A DNA stretch of 64,000 nt, taken from NCBI RefSeq assembly GCF_009914755.1, contig NC_060929.1. One strand, written 5' to 3'. The notes under the pieces were generated by a model. The model searched no databases and was not told the DNA's origin. It was given only the letters and a program-made list of their open reading frames with translations. Shown here piece by piece: positions 59,133 through 64,000 of this stretch. Each line of letters begins with the position of its first letter. Positions within the stretch are counted from its first letter, which is position 1. Origin of the DNA: the human T2T-CHM13v2.0 reference genome, Homo sapiens. A program made the position numbers and the translations under genes.

Positions 59133-59390
59133 AGCTGGGTGCAGTGGTTCACCTGTAATCCTAACACTTGGGAGGCTGAGGCAGGAGAATTGCCTAAGGC
59201 AAGGAGTTTGAGACCAGCCTGGGCAATATAACAAGACCCTGTGTCTACAAAAAATTTTTGAAAATTAGTCAGGCATAGTGGCATGTGCCTGTAGTCCCAG
59301 CTGAGAGAGTACAGAAGAGGCTGAGAGGATGAGTCCAGGAGCTTGAGACTGTAGTGAGATGTAATTGGGCCACTGCACTCCAAAAAAAGA
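59133..59390 (+). mobile_element. AluJ (Jo-like), diverged
   Basis: GCTGGGTGCAGTGGTTCACCTGTAATCC...GAGACCAGCCTGGGCAATATAACAAGACCC...CACTGCACTCC plus A-rich tail. Confidence 0.88.
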
Positions 59391-59553
59391 AAATGACAAA
59401 GAGGAAGCAAAAGCAATAGAATATAACAAATAGTAAAATAAGATGAAAAACAATTTTACATGTTATGATAAGAGAAATTATATAAATGAAGCCAATAAAT
59501 AAAAAGAAATAGTGAAGGAAAGGTAAAATTTAATACTAAAGAGATATATTAGA

Positions 59554-59923
59554 TGCTATCAATTAGGCTTTGTGTCCCCACCCAAATCTCCTCTTGAATT
59601 ATAATCCCCATAAATCCCATGTGTCAAGGGAGAGACCAGATGGAGGTAATTGGATTATGGGGGCAGTTTCCCCCATGCTGTTCTCATGATAGTGAGTTCT
59701 CATGAGATCTGATGGTTTTATAAGGAGCTCTTCCCCTTTGCTCGGCACTCCTCCTTCCTGCCACCATGTGAAGAAAGCGCCTTGCTTTCCCTTTGCCTTC
59801 CACCTTGATTGTAAGGCTCCTGAGACCTCCCAGCCACACTGAACTGTGTCAATTAAACCTCTTTCCTTGCTAAATCCCTGCCTCTGGCCATTCTTTATAG
59901 CAGTATAAAAACCGACTAATACA
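59554..59923 (+). mobile_element. THE1D-like MaLR solo LTR
   Basis: GGCTTTGTGTCCCCACCCAAATCTC...GGGAGAGACCAG...TTTATAGCAGTATAAAAACCGACTAATACA. Confidence 0.9.
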
Positions 59924-60386
59924 GACACAACCAGTAAAAAAAATTATAACCACAATCTTTTATGCCACAAACAATCTAAGAGTTTTATCCTATTCAAAGG
60001 AAAAAAATCTAAATTTTATAAATTATAATCAGTATGAGAAATTGTAATAAATCTCAAAATTTGACAGAACAGGAGAAAAATAGAGATGCTTTAAGTATAA
60101 TGATAAACATATAAATTCATCTATCTTTCCACTCTTGTACTTAGCAATCTTTTTCTATCTATTGATACAGATCATGGAGGTACAGTTCATAACCCTGACA
60201 AGGCAGTCAGAATGGATTTCTGAAGTTGAGCAGACAAAGCAGAGGAGGAGAATGTCAGACAGGGAAAGTAGTATGTGTTAACTAAGGCACAGAGTCATGA
60301 GAAATAATGTCCCATTCAAGGCTGTAAGTACAGAGCTAATTCAGTATAACAAGAACATTGGATGGCCTTTTGAAGAATGATCTGAA

Positions 60387-60705
60387 GGCTGGGCATGGTG
60401 GGCTCATGCCTATAATCCCAGCACTTTGGGAGGCCAAGGTGGGCAGATCACCTGAGGTCAGGAGTTTGAGACCAGCCTGGTCAACATGACAAACCCTGTC
60501 TCTACTAAAATACAAAAATTAGCTGGGTGTGGTGGCACACACTTGTAATCCCAGCTACTCAGGACTCTGAGGCAGGAGAATCACTTGAACCCAGGAGGAG
60601 GAGGTTGCAGTGGGCCGAGATCATGCCACTACACTCCAGCCTGGATGACAGAGCGAGACTCCATCTTAAATACAAAAACAAAACCCAAAAACAACAAAAA
60701 TATCC
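60387..60705 (+). mobile_element. AluS (Sx/Sz-like)
   Basis: GATCACCTGAGGTCAGGAGTTTGAGACCAGCC...GACAGAGCGAGACTCCATCT plus A-rich tail. Confidence 0.95.
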
Positions 60706-60819
60706 AAAGAGATAAATAAGGAGTCAGTCTAGAGAGTTTTTTTTTTTTTTTGCCTGCCAGATTGCTTAGATTTTTATCTTGTTGGTGATGAGAAAACTGT
60801 TTGTTGCATACATCATAAG

Positions 60820-61020
60820 CTCTGGATGGGAGCAAGCTTAGCTCCAAATGTGACTTTGAGACTTACCAGTTATGTAACCTTGTATACCTTACTTGGCATT
60901 TCTGGCTCTCAGTACTCTCTTCAGTAAAATGGGGGTAAAAAATGCTTAACTGTAAGAGCAGGAGTGAAGACTAGAACTATGTAGTATGGGACATATTGGA
61001 GCTACTCAACAAATATTAGC
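60820..61020 (+). mobile_element. MIR SINE
   Basis: ACTTACCAGTTATGTAACCTTG...TCTCAGT...CAGTAAAATGGGG core. Confidence 0.65.
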
Positions 61021-61299
61021 ATTGTTTCTGAAGCAGAAGAGTAGCATGGTAAGTTTTTCCTTTAAAAATTGCTGCATTTTCAGCAGAATGGAGGAGACAC
61101 AGAAGAGCCATGGAGATGCTTTTGATAATCAAGGTGAAAAATTATGACTCTGAAACGGAGCAGTGTTGGGAATGAGTGAATATGGGGTTGAAGAGGAGGG
61201 AGGGGAATAGGTTAATTCAACTTTTCTGGTTTGATTTATTCACTTAAAGAGGAATTGCATGAGCAGAAGTAGGCTTGGAGGTAACAGTAATAGCTGCGT

Positions 61300-61535
61300 G
61301 TATAGGGCTCTTACTAATTTCAGGAATATAGTGACTACTACAGAAGTATAACTACCATATGGTCATCAAAATCAGCATATATGGTAACTGCCATCTCCAT
61401 TTTACAAATAAGGAAAGTGGGATATAAAGAGATACATTTACTGGCCCAAGGTCTCACAACTGATAAATGGCAGAGCTGAGACATAAACCTGGCAGAAATG
61501 TTCCATTAATCATGTTGTTAACCATTTTACTCTAT
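61300..61535 (-). mobile_element. MIR SINE
   Basis: CCATTTTACAAATAAGGAAA...GCCCAAGGTCTCACAACTGATAAATGGCAGAGCTG. Confidence 0.7.
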
Positions 61536-62482
61536 TGCATAATTATGAAAATCTTACAAAATATGTAAATCAGATGAGGCAATGTTCTGGATCTTTCTAC
61601 TAGAATATTTAAAATATTAGTCTTAGTTTCCTCACCTGTAAATTGTGATTATAAGGGTAGTTGATAATTTTCTTTCATTTCTAAGATTTCATTAACTTTA
61701 CATTAATAATGGTGAAGAAGAAAGCCAGTGATATACAGAGAGTTAGCAGCAGAGTCTAATTGGGAATATAAATTTTAAAATCCAATTTTTTTTTATAGTA
61801 AGGGCTAGATGTAATGGGATTTTAAAATTATTATTTAGTTAGTTTTGTTTTGTTCACAGGAAATATTACAGCACATATGCAAGCAAGCATTGGGGTAAGC
61901 TTGTTCTTCTCTCTATCTTGGTTCATCTTCCTTATCCTTGGACCTTTATCTCATTGCATCCAGCCACCCTTTGTATAAAACATCCCCGCACAAAAATAAA
62001 AAGATAGCAGTTATTTTCAATGTAAAAGTACTTTTTAAAAGAGCACAGTAAAATAAAATTAAATAAATATCTCGTGAAATATATTATGAAATAAAGTTGT
62101 ACATGGATACTCCACTGCCAATCTGTTCATTAATACCTCTCTCTCTTTTTTACTCTGTTATTCATATTTGGGAAGGAAAAATTAAGAATAAGGGGGAAAA
62201 AGAGACTGCAAAAGAAACATGAAGCCAGCTGTAGGAGAAAAGGCTAAGAGACAAAAGAGAAAACAGAGACTAACAAAGTAGAAAATAAGAAGAAAATGAA
62301 TCAGAAATAATGAAAATACAGATGGACTGACAAAAGGAAGGCTGATTTATGAGAAACTGTATACTACATTAAATTAAAATCCTTAAACAAGAAAATACAC
62401 ACAGTTTTAAAGGTTTCTTTAAAAAAAAAATAGGTGGTTATGTGGCTATTTTATCTACCAGCTTTTGATGTGAAGAATTTTA

Positions 62483-62694
62483 CAATGAGAACACTTGGAC
62501 ACAGGAAGGGGAACATCACACACTGGGGCCTGTCGTGGGGTCGGGGGAAGGATAGCATTAGGAGATATACCTAATGTAAATGATGAGTTAATGGGTGCAG
62601 CACACCAACATGGCACATGTATACATATGTAACAAAACTGCACGTTGCGTACATGTACCCTAGAACTTAAAGTATAATAAAAATATATAAAAAA
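62483..62694 (+). mobile_element. Very short 5'-truncated L1PA (PA5-like), 3' UTR only
   Basis: CACTTGGACACAGG...GATATACCTAATGTAAATG...CCCTAGAACTTAAAGTATAATAAAAA. 10-bp TSD AAGAATTTTA at 62473-62482 and 62695-62704. Confidence 0.93.
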
Positions 62695-63086
62695 AAGAAT
62701 TTTAATAACATTTCTTGAGCACCTCGTATTCTGTACCATTTGTACATGAGTAATTAATAAGAGTGCTGTTGTTGCCATCTTAGTATTCACCTAAGTGTAT
62801 ACAAGATTATTTGTTATGCAAATAAGATGTAAGTGAATCCATTCTGACTTAAAACAAGAGACTGGATGACTCAGGGCTATCAAACTCACCTAGGACAGGC
62901 AGTTAGGAAACATAAAAGCAGCATTAACTACTGAATGTGTTATAAAAGAGACCAGCATGATGGTGATTTGACTGGCCTGGATGCTGTTCAAGGTGGAGCT
63001 CTTTTCCAGATGTAATGCTGGCTGTAATGTTGCCTAAACCTATAGTTAATTTATCTTCTTCCATCAAGATCCAAATCACACATTGG

Positions 63087-64000
63087 TCCTTCACCCTTAG
63101 CGGCAAGTCCCGCTTTTCTGGGGGAGGGGCAAGTACCCCTCAACCCCTTCTCCTTCACCTTTAGCGGCAAGTCCCGCTTTTCTAGGGGCAAGACGCCCCA
63201 ATCCCTTATTTCCGTGCCCCAACCCCTTTCCTGCTTTTCTGGAAGGCAACAAACCCCCACTCCTTCTCCGTGTCTCTACTCTTTTCTCTGGGCTTGCCTC
63301 CTTCACTATGGGCAAGCTTCCACCTTCCATTCCTCCTTCTTCTCCCTTAGCCTGTATTCTTAAGAACTTCAGACCTCTTCAGCTCTCACCTGACCTAAAA
63401 TCTAAGCGTCTTTTTTTCTTCTGCAATGCTGCTTGACCCCAATACAAACCCGACAGTAGTTCCAAATAGCCGGAAAATTGCACTTTCAATTTTTCCATCC
63501 TACAAGATCTAAATAATTCTTGTCGTAAAATAGGCAAACGGGCTGAGGTGCCTGACATCCAGGCATTCTTTTACACATAGGTCCCTCCCTCATCTCTGTT
63601 CCCAATGCAACTCATCCCAAATCTTCCTTCTTTCCCTCCTGCCTGTCCTCTCAGTCCCAACCCCAAGCGTCGCTGAGTCTTTCTAATCTTCCTTTTCTAC
63701 AGACCCATCTGACCTCTCCCCTCCTCGCCAGGCCAAGCTAGGTCCCGATTCTTCCTCAGCCTCCGCTCCTCCACCCTATAATCCTTTTATCACCTCCCCT
63801 ACTCACACCAGGTCCGACTTACAGTTTCATTCCGTGAGTAGCCCTCCCCCACCTGCCCAGCAATTTCCTCTTAAAAAGGTGGCTGGAGCTAAAGGCATAG
63901 TCAAGGTTAATGCTCCTTTTTCTTTATCCCAAATCAGATAGCATTTAGGCTCTTTTTCATCAAATATAAAAATCCAGCCCAGTTCATGGCTCGTTTGGCA
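63087..64000 (+). mobile_element. HERV-H internal region (leader repeats plus gag), no 5' LTR7 or PBS; continues beyond the window
   Basis: Repeated CTTAGCGGCAAGTCCCGCTTTTCT leader units, C-rich composition, HERV-H gag start. Confidence 0.92.
63308..64000 (+). pseudogene. gag: HERV-H gag N-terminal part, disrupted
   Basis: ATG at 63308 gives MGKLPPSIPPSSPLACILKNFRPLQLSPDLKSK..., matching HERV-H Gag MGNLPPSIPPSSPLAC. Frameshift and stops follow. Confidence 0.85.

Noticed and set aside
63087-63260. Spaced direct repeats resembling a CRISPR array
   Set aside because: These are the known HERV-H leader repeats in a mammalian genome. There are no unique spacers or cas genes.

Overview
AT-rich, repeat-dominated simian-primate genomic DNA (probably human or great ape, given the Alu, L1PA, THE1 and HERV-H content). 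I find no intact cellular protein-coding exon, tRNA, rRNA or CpG island. Main contents: (1) A full-length but inactivated L1PA4-like LINE-1 (5603-12077, +). It keeps the older, longer 5' UTR and an open antisense ORF0, and its ORF2 is interrupted by a TSD-flanked, 5'-truncated processed pseudogene of SEPHS1 (8947-9237). (2) 116 bp further on, a complete two-LTR HERV-L/MLT2A provirus (12194-18729, -) with 5-bp TSD, tRNA-Leu PBS and decayed gag/pol/dUTPase. (3) An older L1MA2/3-like element with its 5' UTR and an internal deletion (33251-38750). (4) Many Alu, L2, MIR, MaLR (THE1, MLT1), MER and old L1M fragments. (5) A HERV-H internal region at the right edge that lacks its 5' LTR. I see no evidence for a wholly new biological system. 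The strongest oddities are the nested SEPHS1 retrocopy, the LTR-less HERV-H, the open ORF0, and an apparent compensatory change in a palindrome shared by both MLT2A LTRs. Repeat subfamily calls come from remembered consensus sequences and need RepeatMasker/Dfam confirmation.
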